NCBI RefSeq assembly: GCF_006345805.1
Contig: NW_021835564.1
Location: 1 to 39,001 of the forward strand
Reading direction: 5' to 3'
Origin: Octopus sinensis
Lineage: Eukaryota
DNA: 39,001 nucleotides
Each line of letters opens with the position of its first letter. Position 1 is the stretch's first letter. Below are positions 1-11,841 of this stretch, one piece after another. The notes beneath the pieces are model-generated. The model was given only the letters and a program-made list of their open reading frames with translations, ran no database searches and was not told the DNA's origin. A program made the position numbers and the translations under genes.

Positions 1-352
1 GAACACCGCTCACTATTTGCGTGCTAATGGAAGTGGCCCCATTGGCTACTACCACCTGACTTCTATTCTTCAGAAGTCGTGAAGCCATTCTCCTAGTTTT
101 CCAACTATGCCAAGATCACGCAGTTTGTGACATATCATTCCATGATCGACTTTATCGAAGGCCTTTGCGAAGTCGAGATATTGACTTCCACATTTGAGTG
201 TTTTAGCAGTTGTTTCAGCACCCAGTCATAGTGCTGCAGGAGCTGAGTTAAGCAGCTTCTTCCTGGTCGGAAACCATGTTGGGTGTCAGTCATTTTCTTC
301 AAGGAAGGTGATTAGTTTCCTTCTGACTATTCGTTCCATGACCTTGCTGATG
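1..352 (-). mobile_element. CR1/L2-group LINE reverse transcriptase fragment (frameshifted)
   Basis: The minus strand, read across small frameshifts, gives ISKVMERIVRRKLITFLEEN..QHGFRPGRSCLTQLL..YLDFAKAFDKVDH..LG..GKLGEWL.DF..NRSQVVV..SGV, which are typical non-LTR RT motifs. Confidence 0.9.
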
Positions 353-414
353 TGTATATATATACATTATATATATATTATAAATATATAATATATATAA
401 TATATATAATATAT

Positions 415-448
<34 letters not shown>

Positions 449-549
449 ATACATTATAAAATATTATTCGAGACAAAACCACTATTTTGCAAAACAAACA
501 AAGAAAGACTTAATCATACATAAATTTTAATAAATAGTCAAAAAAACCG

Positions 550-591
550 CCACTACAATCGTTCTTGTCTTGATCGACAATCTTCAGGTGG
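550..591 (-). ncRNA. Degenerate type I hammerhead ribozyme motif
   Basis: Minus strand: CCAC-CUGAAGA-UUGUC gaucaa GACAA-GAA(one A missing)-C gauu GUA-GUGG. Stems I and II pair perfectly, but the core lacks one A of GAAA. It lies in a ~150-bp element flanked by (TA)n. Confidence 0.55.
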
Positions 592-1026
592 ACTTCCAAT
601 AATTCAGTGTCAAATTATATATACATTATTATATATTATATATAAAATATATATATATATATATATATAATATATATATATAGATATATATATATGTATA
701 TGTATATATATATATATTAAATTGACAAGTAAATTACGATGACTGAAATTATAAGGTATAGTTATCTTGTTATCATTTAGTTGTTGTCGTTGTTGTTGCT
801 GCTGCAAGCCCTCGATCCAGGAAACCTATAATCAATACGAATTCCAGCTGTGTTTACTCCGCCTGTCTAGGTTTGCATTATTCAGTGTGTACATTATGCC
901 GTTTGTTCATGTCCTGTATCTACAGTCTCTAATCCGTACATTATCAGGTGTGTATATATCCAGGGTGTACATCCAGCGTGGTTTTTCATTTGTATCGAAA
1001 GACAACACGGCTTGACATTGGTGAGG

Positions 1027-1661
<635 letters not shown>

Positions 1662-1981
1662 GACAGGCTTCTTTCAGTTTCCGTCTACCAAATCCACTCA
1701 CAAGGCATGTCATTGTTTATTCTTCACCTAACTCGGAACCTTCCATGCGTTTTGATCCGGAACTTATAGTCGACTGTGTGAATTTGATGACACGTTCACA
1801 GGTATTCTGCCAATACCTGTGAATGTGTGCATAACTGGAGTGACAAATCCGTATTCAATTTAGTACGCACGTATGTGTCAACACATAATTGCGCCGGTTC
1901 GCTGGCCCCAACTCTACCTTGATGCTTTTACGATTTAAATACCTGATTCTATCGAATCCTGAAAATACAAACATACATACC

Positions 1982-2017
<36 letters not shown>

Positions 2018-2147
2018 GAATTATAAGATATATATGTATGCTATTAAGGTTCTCATTTTGTTAAATGAATAAATAATCCAACATTCTAATATCCGAAAGT
2101 TAATGAACACACTAAATTTGTTTCTCCATTTTCTTATTTGTATTATA

Positions 2148-2720
2148 CTTACCTACCTACCTACCTACCTACCTACATACTTACCTACCTATCTACATAC
2201 CTACCTACCTATCTACATACCTACCTACCTATCTACATACCTACCTACCTACCTACCACCTACATACATACATACATACTACATACATACATACATACAT
2301 ACATACACACACCTACCTACCTACATACCTACCTACCTACCTACATGCATACATACATACCTACCTACCTGCCTACCTACATACCTTCCTACCTATCTAC
2401 ATACCTACCTACCTACCTACATACATACATACATACATACACACACCTACATACATATCTACCTACATACATACATACATACACACACCTACCTACCTAC
2501 ATACATACATACATACACACACCTACCTACCTACATACCTACCTACCTACCTACATACATACATACATACATACACACACCTACATACATACATACATAC
2601 ATACCTACCTACTTACATACATACATACACACACCTACCTACCTACCTACATACATACATACATACCTACCTACCCACCTACTTACATACCTACCTACCT
2701 ACCTACCTACCTACATATAT

Positions 2721-2757
<37 letters not shown>

Positions 2758-2782
2758 TACATACATACATACATACATACAT
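2148..2782. repeat. Compound (TACC)n/(TACA)n microsatellite
   Basis: Visible directly; it explains the low-complexity ORFs 2103..2867 and 2138..2863. Confidence 0.95.
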
Positions 2783-2789
2783 GTATGTT

Positions 2790-2995
2790 CTTTCTTTTAT
2801 TCTTTTTCTTGTTTGTCATTTGACTGCAGCCATGCTGGTGGGTACCGCATTAAAGGGTTGTAGTTGAACAATCGATCCTAGGACTTTTTTAAAGCCTCGT
2901 ATTTATTCTATCGGTCGCTTTTGACGAACCGCTCAGTTACGGGGACATAAACACACCAGCACCGGTTGTCAAGTGGTGATGGTGGGACATACACG
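2790..2995 (-). mobile_element. Diverged SINE family A 3' half
   Basis: GTCATTTGACTGCAGCCATGCTGG...AACACACCAGCACCGGTTGTCAAG matches the family A tail. Confidence 0.7.
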
Positions 2996-3243
2996 CATAC
3001 ATACATACATATATATATTATATATATATATATATATATCTATATATATATATATATATATATATGCGTTTATATATTTGTTTTGCAAGATTCTTGATGT
3101 GAAATCGTGTGTTGAAAACAAATATTGTTATATTTCGGAATGGTCATTTTGCCAGTTTAGCCAATAAAAACGCCCGCACTATATATTTAGTGTTAATTTG
3201 CTTCGGCTTTATTTATTTTTTACATTAATGTTAATCTTATTTC

Positions 3244-3287
3244 GGCCAGAGTTCTTTCGTCACACTTCTGTGGCCTCATCAGTGGTC
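3244..3287 (-). ncRNA. Minimal type I hammerhead ribozyme motif (slightly degenerate)
   Basis: Minus strand: GACCA-CUGAUGA-g GCCACA gaag UGUGAC-GAAA-G aa C-UC-UGGCC. The core is intact with a CUC triplet; there is one mismatch in each of stems I and II. Confidence 0.6.
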
Positions 3288-3540
3288 CTTTTCTTTCTTC
3301 TTTCTTATTTGTGTGTCTCTCTTTACTAACGGTCAGCCATTTTGTATTCCTATTGTATGTGTCTTTATTTGCGCATGCGTATATCCTTATGTGTGTCTAT
3401 GTTTAGTTAGTGTGTGTGGGGGTGGGGAGGGCTTTGATATTTATACACGTTCGTGTGATTTGTTTTTGTTTATTTTGTTCATGTGTTTACACCTACTTAT
3501 TAGTTTTTGTTTTTGTATTTAATTAAATATATATATGTAT

Positions 3541-3577
<37 letters not shown>

Positions 3578-4010
3578 CACACACAGGCATGTGCACATAC
3601 ATGTATAAGATAACGGGAGAGTTATGCGTGCAAAAACGAAAGATGTAATGTTTCTCAAAAAAAAATTGGGGCAGATTGATAACGCGTCGTTGTGTTAATC
3701 TTGATTTACTGTTGAAACAACTCTTTGGAAGTGTTATATCTGGAGCACTATTAAATTTCATACTCCATAAAAAAAAACCCACAACAATTAAAATCAGTAT
3801 AGGATGTCAGTTAAAAGAGAATTACGTGATTAAGAAAACAATGGAAATCTAAAGCTAGGTCAAGATTGTATCAAAAGAGTATTTTAAAAATATGAACGTA
3901 AGTCATAGATCTTATTCGAAGTTCGTCTGATAAGGAACGACATTAGGGCAAAAATTTCATGACGAAAAGTAATACATCAAAACGTGGATTGACGCAAAAC
4001 AAGATTGTTG

Positions 4011-7000
4011 TTTATGATAAGGCCAACCTTCGTCTTAAACTAAGTTTGGTATATGCTTAGTATATTGGGGACGCGTGGCTTTATGGTAAGACCATCCATC
4101 GTCTTAAACTAAGTTTGGTATATGCTTAGTATATTGGGGACGCGTAGATTTATGATAAGGCCATCCATCGTCTTAAACTAAGTTTGGTATATGCTTAGTA
4201 TATTGGGGACGCGTGGCTTTATGATAAGGTCATCCATCATCTTAAACTAAGTTTGGTATATGCTTAGTATATTGGGGACGCGTGGCTTTATGATAAGGCC
4301 ACCCATCGTCTTAAACTAAGTTTGGTATATGCTTAGTATATTGGGGACGCGTGGCTTTATGATAAGGCCATCCATCGTCTTAAACTAAGTTTGGTATATG
4401 CTTAGTATATTGGGGACGCGTGGCTTTATGATAAGGCCATCCATCGTCTTAAACTAAGTTTGGTATATGCTTCGTATATTGGGGACGCGTGGCTTTATGA
4501 TAAGGCCACCCATCGTCTTAAACTAAGTTTGGTATATGCTTAGTATATTGGGGACGTGAGGCTTTATGATAAGGTCTTCCATCGTCTTAAACTAAGTTTG
4601 GTATATGCTTAGTATATTGGGGACGCGTGGCTTTATGATAAGGCCATCCATCGTCTTAAACTAAGTTTGGTATATGCTTAGTATATTGGGGACGCGTGGC
4701 TTTATGGTAAGGCCACCCATCGTCTTAAACTAAGTTTGGTATATGCTTAGTATATTGGGGACGTGAGGCTTTATGATAAGGTCTTCCATCGTCTTAAACT
4801 AAGTTTGGTATATGCTTAGTATATTGGGGACGCGTGGCTTTATGATAAGGCCATCCATCGTCTTAAACTAAGTTTGGTATATGCTTAGTATATTGGGGAC
4901 GTGTGGCTTTATGATAAGGTCTTCCATCGTCTTAAACTAAGTTTGGTATATGCTTAGTATATTGGGGACGCGTGGCTTTATGATAAGGTCTTCCATCGTC
5001 TTAAACTAAGTTTGGTATATGCTTAGTATATTGGGGACGCGTGGCTTTATGATAAGGTCTTCCATCGTCTTAAACTAAGTTTGGTATATGCTTAGTATAT
5101 TGGGGACGCGTGGCTTTATGATAAGGCCACCCGTCGTCTTAAACTAAGTTTGGTATATGCTTAGTATATTGGGGACGTGTGGCTTTATGATAAGGCCATC
5201 CATCGTCTTAAACTAAGTTTGGTATATGCTTAGTATATTGGGGACGCGTGGCTTTATGATAAGGCCATCCATCGTCTTAAACTAAGTTTGGTATATGCTT
5301 AGTATATTGGGGACGTGTGGCTTTATGATAAGGCCATCCATCGTCTTAAACTAAGTTTGGTATATGCTTAGTATATTGGGGACGCGTGGCTTTATGATAA
5401 GGCCATCCATCGTCTTAAACTAAGTTTGGTATATGCTTAGTATATTGGGGACGTGTGGCTTTATGATAAGGTCTTCCATCGTCTTAAACTAAGTTTGGTA
5501 TATGCTTAGTATATTGGGGACGCGTGGCTTTATGATAAGGTCTTCCATCGTCTTAAACTAAGTTTGGTATATGCTTAGTATATTGGGGACGTGTGGCTTT
5601 ATGATAAGGTCTTCCATCGTCTTAAACTAAGTTTGGTATATGCTTAGTATATTGGGGACGCGTGGCTTTATGATAAGGTCTTCCATCGTCTTAAACTAAG
5701 TTTGGTATATGCTTAGTATATTGGGGACGCGTGGCTTTATGATAAGGCCATCCATCGTCTTAAACTAAGTTTGGTATATGCTTAGTATATTGGGGACGCG
5801 TGGCTTTATGGTAAGACCATCCATCGTCTTAAACTAAGTTTGGTATATGCTTAGTATATTGGGGACGCGTAGATTTATGATAAGGCCATCCATCGTCTTA
5901 AACTAAGTTTGGTATATGCTTAGTATATTGGGGACGCGTGGCTTTATGATAAGGCCATCCATCGTCTTAAACTAAGTTTGGTATATGCTTAGTATATTGG
6001 GGACGCGTGGCTTTATGATAAGGCCATCCATCGTCTTAAACTAAGTTTGGTATATGCTTCGTATATTGGGGACGCGTGGCTTTATGATAAGGCCACCCAT
6101 CGTCTTAAACTAAGTTTGGTATATGCTTAGTATATTGGGGACGTGAGGCTTTATGATAAGGTCTTCCATCGTCCTTAAACTAAGTTTGGTATATGCTTAG
6201 TATATTGGGGACGCGTGGCTTTATGATAAGGCCATCCATCGTCTTAAACTAAGTTTGGTATATGCTTAGTATATTGGGGACGCGTGGCTTTATGGTAAGG
6301 CCCCCATCGTCTTAAACTAAGTTTGGTATATGCTTAGTATATTGGGGACGTGAGGCTTTATGATAAGGTCTTCCATCGTCTTAAACTAAGTTTGGTATAT
6401 ATGCTAGTATATTGGGGACGCGTGGCTTTATGATAAGGCCATCCATCGTCCTTAAACTAAGTTTGGTATATGCTTAGTATATTGGGGACGTGTGGCTTTA
6501 TGATAAGGTCTTCCATCGTCTTAAACTAAGTTTGGTATATGCTTATATATTGGGGACGCGTGGCTTTATGATAAGGCCTCCATCGTCTTAAACTAAGTTT
6601 GGTATATGCTTAGTATATTGGGGACGCGTGGCTTTATGATAAGGTCTTCCATCGTCTTAAACTAAGTTTGGTATATGCTTAGTATATTGGGGACGCGTGG
6701 CTTTATGATAAGGCCACCCGTCGTCTTAAACTAAGTTTGGTATATGCTTAGTAATGGGGGACGTGTGGCTTTATGATAAGGTCATCCATCGTCTCTTAAA
6801 CTAAGTTTGGTATATGCTTAGTATATTGGGGACGCGTGGCTTTATGATAAGGCCATCCATCGTCTTAAACTAAGTTTGGTATATGCTTAGTATATGGGGA
6901 CGTGTGGCTTTATGATAAGGCCATCCATCGTCTTAAACTAAGTTTGGTATATGCTTAGTATATTGGGGACGCGTGGCTTTATGATAAGGCCATCCATCGT

Positions 7001-8569
7001 CTTAAACTAAGTTTGGTATATGCTTAGTATATTGGGGACGTGTGGCTTTATGATAAGGTCTTCCATCGTCTAAACTAAGTTGGGATATGCGCTTAGTATA
7101 TTGGGGACGCGTGGCTTTATGATAAGGTCTTCCATCGTCTTAAACTAAGTTTGGTATATGCTTAGTATATTGGGGACGTGTGGCTTTATGATAAGGTCTT
7201 CCATCGTCTTAAACTAAGTTTGGTATATGCTTAGTATATTGGGGACGCGTGGCTTTATGATAAGGTCTTCCATCGTCTTAAACTAAGTTTGGTATATGCT
7301 TAGTATATTGGGGACGCGTGGCTTTATGATAAGGCCATCCATCGTCTTAAACTAAGTTTGGTATATGCTTAGTATATTGGGGACGTGTGGCTTTATGATA
7401 AGGCCATCCATCGTCTTAAACTAAGTTTGGTATATGCTTAGTATATTGGGGACGCGTAGCTTTATGATAAGGTCTTCCATCGTCTTAAACTAAGTTTGGT
7501 ATATGCTTAGTATATTGGGGACGCGTGGCTTTATGATAAGGCCACCCATCATCTTAAACTAAGTTTGGTATATGCTTAGTATATTGGGGACGTGTGGCTT
7601 TATGATAAGGTCTTCCATCGTCTTAAACTAAGTTTGGTATATGCTTAGTATATTGGGGACGCGTGGCTTTATGATAAGGCACCCATCATCTTAAACTAAG
7701 TTTGGTATATGCTTAGTATAGGGACGTGTGGCTTTATGATAAGGTCTTCCATCGTCTTAACTAAGTTTGGTATATGCTTAGTATATTGGGGACGCGTGGC
7801 TTTATGATAAGGTCTTCCATCGTCTTAAACTAAGTTTGGTATATGCTTAGTATATTGGGGACGTGTGGCTTTATGATAAGGTCTTCCATCGTCTTAAACT
7901 AAGTTTGGTATATGCTTAGTATATTGGGGACGCGTGGCTTTATGATAAGGTCTTCCATCGTCTTAAACTAAGTTTGGTATATGCTTAGTATTTTGGGGAC
8001 GCGTGGCTTTATGATAAGGCCATCCATCGTCTTAAACTAAGTTTGGTATATGCTTAGTATATTGGGGACGTGTGGCTTTATGATAAGGCCATCCATCGTC
8101 TTAAACTAAGTTTGGTATATGCTTAGTATATGGGGACGCGTGGCTTATGATAAGGTCTTCCATCGTCTTAAACTAAGTTTGGTATATGCTTAGTATATTG
8201 GGGACGCGTGGCTTTATGATAAGGCCACCCATCGTCTTAAACTAAGTTTGGTATATGCTTAGTATATTGGGGACGCGTGGCTTTATGATAAGGCCACCCA
8301 TCGTCTTAAACTAAGTTTGGTATATGCTTAGTATATTGGGGACGCGTGGCTTTATGATAAGGCCACCCATCGTCTTAAACTAAGTTTGGTATATGCTTAG
8401 TATATTGGGGACGCGTGGCTTTATGATAAGGCCACCCATCGTCTTAAACTAAGTTTGGTATATGCTTAGTATATTGGGGACGTGTGGCTTTATGGTAAGG
8501 TCTTCCATCGTCTTAAACTAAGTTTGGTATATGCTTGGTATATTGGGGACGCGTGGCTTTATGGTAAGG
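4011..8569. repeat. 69-bp tandem satellite, about 66 units
   Basis: Unit TTATGATAAGGCCATCCATCGTCTTAAACTAAGTTTGGTATATGCTTAGTATATTGGGGACGCGTGGCT; AAACTAAG occurs at 4037 and 4106, giving a period of 69. The consensus unit has a stop codon in all six frames. Confidence 0.98.
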
Positions 8570-8724
8570 GATGTTGCACTCATGATGGCACAATTGTGAC
8601 TTCGATATCTTGACTGAGCAATGGGTTGTGTTCTTGAGCATAATACTTCATTTCACGTTGCTCCAGTCTACTCAGCTTGGAAAACTGAGTTATACTGCGA
8701 TGGACTGGCATCCCGTCCATTGGG

Positions 8725-8726
<2 letters not shown>
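8547..8726 (+). mobile_element. Diverged tRNA-derived SINE with V-domain-like 3' part
   Basis: GGACGCGTGGCTTTATGGTAAGG (A-box-like) ... GACTTCGATATC (B-box-like) ... TTGTGTTCTTGAGCA ... CTGCGATGGACTGGCATCCCGTCCA, which resembles the V-SINE central domain. Confidence 0.65.
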
Positions 8727-8763
<37 letters not shown>

Positions 8764-8764
<1 letters not shown>

Positions 8765-9586
8765 ATATGTTACATTACTCGATAGTCAAGATAAAACTCT
8801 GAGTCTCAGATGCCGAAATGGGAATCCACAACGCCATCTCTTCGGCGTTGTGGATTCCCACTTCGGCATCTGAAACTCAGAGTTTTATCTTGACTATCGA
8901 GTAATGTAACATATTGTATAGATAAATTTCCTTTATTTACATAATATTGAGGTCTCTTTCTTTCTTTTGTTATCTTACCGTTTTACCAATAAATCACCTC
9001 CCGGACGACGTTATTCTCAACTAAGTGCTAATACGGCCTTTTTGGATTATCGCCTAACATCGGTTGAGGACTCTTACACACAGAAGAATTTAATATGGAT
9101 GCATATTACATAGATTATTCTATGAAAAACCGAAGAGATGGCGTTGTGGATTCCCACTTCGGCATCTGAGACTCAGAGTTTTATCTTGACTACCGAGTAA
9201 TGTAACATATTATTTTATAGATAAATTTCCTCTATTTACATAATATTGAGGTCTCTTTCTTTCTTTTGTTATCTTACCGTTTTACCAATAAATCACCTCC
9301 CGGACGACGTTATTCTCAACTAAGTGCTAATACGGCCTTTTTGGATTATCGCCTAACATCGGTTGAGGACTCTTACACACAGAAGAATTTAATATGGATG
9401 CATATTACATAGATTATTCTATGAAAAACCGAAGAGATGGCGTTGTGGATTCCCACTTCGGCATCTGAGACTCAGAGTTTTATCTTGACTATCGAGTAAT
9501 GTAACATATTATTTTATAGATAAATTTCCTCTATTTACATAATATTGAGGTCTCTTTCTTTCTTTTGTTATCTTACCGTTTTACCA

Positions 9587-9589
<3 letters not shown>
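8764..9589. repeat. Fold-back (72-bp arms) plus ~2.5 tandem copies of a 296-299-bp unit, bounded by (TA)n
   Basis: The arms 8764-8835 and 8844-8915 differ at 2 positions. Unit starts (GGCGTTGTGG) are at 8844, 9140 and 9439. Confidence 0.92.
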
Positions 9590-9628
<39 letters not shown>

Positions 9629-9787
9629 GTTGTATACTGTCAACATAGCGTGACAGTCCCGTAAGGGAATTACACCACCGCTGTTTAGCCCTAGGAAGCA
9701 TCGACACTTCCTGTCGGCTTTGACACATTTCCTGTGTCTTTATATTTGCGAAGCGGAGGCAAGCACCCCCACCTGCTAGGATTCACA

Positions 9788-9833
9788 CCTGAAAACATGC
9801 ATGTTTCTGGGTCTTACCCGTCATCAGTCCGGG
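9788..9833 (-). ncRNA. Minimal type I hammerhead ribozyme motif
   Basis: Minus strand: CCCGGA-CUGAUGA-c GGGU aag ACCC a-GAAA-CAU gc AUG-UU-UUCAGG. Stem III is the palindrome ACAUGCAUGU, the triplet is GUU, and stem I has one C.A mismatch. Confidence 0.7.
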
Positions 9834-10299
9834 ATAGTGAGCCCTGCTAGCTGAGATGCCTGTCTAGCCTTCGCAAATATATATATATTTACAGTGAAAT
9901 CTATTCACTGGTCACCGTAATTAGAAATATTGAATTTCTAAATGTCTCACGCCACACAGTTCTGGAAACTGGTTTAATGTGTATATGGCTCAGGAAGAAC
10001 CTTTCCTGTTGGGTGTATACAATGTAAAGAATGTTAAACTTTTACAGCATGGTATATATACTTTAGTGAAAGACACCTTCGCCATTCAAAAACGTATAAA
10101 GACTCTTAACATCACTTACACATATTATTTCGTGTCAAACTTTGACACTAAACAGTATTTGAGATGCAGTGGAATCGCGTCAGTGACCAGGTCACATTTG
10201 GCATGACGAAAATTTTGACACTAAATACTAAATGCTTAAACAGAAGTTAACAGTTCTTAGTATTTTTTTAAATAGGACAAGTGAGTCCATAACCCGTGG

Positions 10300-10776
10300 C
10301 CTTCTACATGGGATGGAGCCAGCCTACGTATGCATACCTTCCCTTCTTGGGACACAAAACTCTACTTGTGAAGACGTGTTGAGGCAAGTGAGGATCAGAA
10401 TCGAAATCGATCAATGGAAATTGCGGATGTGTTACCAGTGCCGGTGGCATGTAAGAGAACTTTCCGTTTCGCGACCGTTGCCAGCACCGCCCCGTTTCAT
10501 GTCCTTTGCCAGCCTCGCCTGGCCCTCGTGCCGGTGGCACATAAAAAGCACCATCCGTTCGTGGCCGTTTGCCAGCTCTGTCTGGCACCAGTGCGGGTGG
10601 CACGTAAAAAGCACCCACTACACTCACGGAGTGGTTGGCGTTAGGAAGGGCATCCAGCCGTAGAAACACTGCCAGATTTGACTGGGCCTAATGAAGCCTT
10701 CTGGCTTCCCAGACCCCAGTTGAATCGTCCAACCCATGCTAGCATGGAAAGCGGACGCTAAACGATGATGATGATG
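10300..10776 (+). mobile_element. RTE LINE 3' UTR/tail fragment
   Basis: GGTTGGCGTTAGGAAGGGCATCCAGC...CCCATGCTAGCATGG...AAACGATGATGATG is the same tail as the RTE copy at 12401-13756. Confidence 0.8.
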
Positions 10777-10804
10777 ACAAATATGCGTTTTCCAGAAGGA
10801 GGCA

Positions 10805-11007
10805 CTGGTGGCAGAAACGCTAGCAAGCCGGACAAAATGCTAAGCGACATTCCGTTCGCCTTTGCGTTTTGAGTTCAAATACCGCGACGGGATCGACTTT
10901 GCCTTTCGTCCTTTCAGGGTCGATAAAATAAGTACCACTTGAGCACTGGGGCCGATGTAATCGACTTAACCCCTCCTCCGCAATTGCTGGCCTTATGCCA
11001 AAATTTG
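10805..11007 (+). mobile_element. SINE family B (Nin/Deu-domain-like), diverged
   Basis: GAGTTCAAAT B-box and CTTTGCCTTTC..CCTTTCAGGGTCGATAAAATAAGTACCA central domain. Confidence 0.75.
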
Positions 11008-11029
11008 GGGTCCATTGTTATATAAAGTG

Positions 11030-11412
11030 TGGAAGCACTCCGTCGGTTACGACGCCGAGGGTTCCGGTTGATCCGAATCAACGGAACAGCCTGCTCGTGA
11101 AATTAACGTGTAAGTGGCTGAGCACTCACAGACACGTGCACCCTTAACGTAGTTCTCGGGGATATTCAGCGTGACACAGAGAGTGACAAGGCGGCCCCTT
11201 GAAATACAGGTACAACAGAAACAGGAAGTAAGAGTGAGAGAAAGTTGTGGTGAAAGAGTACAGCAGGAATCACCACCATCCCCTGCCGGAGCCTCGTGGA
11301 GCTTTAGGTGTTTTCGCTCAATAAACACTCACAACGCCCGGTCTGGGAATCGAAACCGCGATCCTATGACCGCGAGTCCGCTGCCCTAACCACCGGGCCA
11401 TTGCGCCTCCAC
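11030..11412 (-). mobile_element. SINE family C, full length
   Basis: Minus-strand head GTGGAGGCGCAATGGCCCGGTGGTTAGGGCAGCGG...GTTTCGATTCCC; same family as 33767-34152 and 34700-35085. Confidence 0.85.
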
Positions 11413-11433
11413 AAAATATATATATATATATAT

Positions 11434-11493
<60 letters not shown>

Positions 11494-11497
11494 TATA

Positions 11498-11549
<52 letters not shown>

Positions 11550-11610
11550 TATATAAAGTAAACAGCATATCACCTCAGACTGCTGTTGCTTTTTAAATAT
11601 TGTGCTCTTA

Positions 11611-11838
11611 GGCATAGGCGTGGCTGATTGGTGAGAAACTTGCTTCCTAACCACGTGGTTTCGGGTTCGATCCCCATGGGTAAGTGTCTCTTCTCTTGTA
11701 GCCCTCAGACCGAACAAACCCTTGTGAGTGGGTTTGGCAGGCGGAAATTGAAAGGAGCCTGTCGTGTATGTGTCTTTGTGTCTGTGTTTTGTGCCCTATC
11801 ATCCCGTGACTTAGCGATACTGCAAAAGACACCGATAG
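11611..11838 (+). mobile_element. Diverged SINE family A
   Basis: GGCATAGGCGTGGCTG...GGTTCGATCCC...GGGTAAGTGTCT...CCTTGTGAGTGGGTTTGGCAG. Confidence 0.65.
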
Positions 11839-11841
11839 GTT

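Noticed and set aside
4011-8569. 69-bp array as a CRISPR array or a 23-codon repeat protein
   Set aside because: There are no unique spacers, the context is eukaryotic with no cas genes, and the consensus unit has a stop codon in all six frames.
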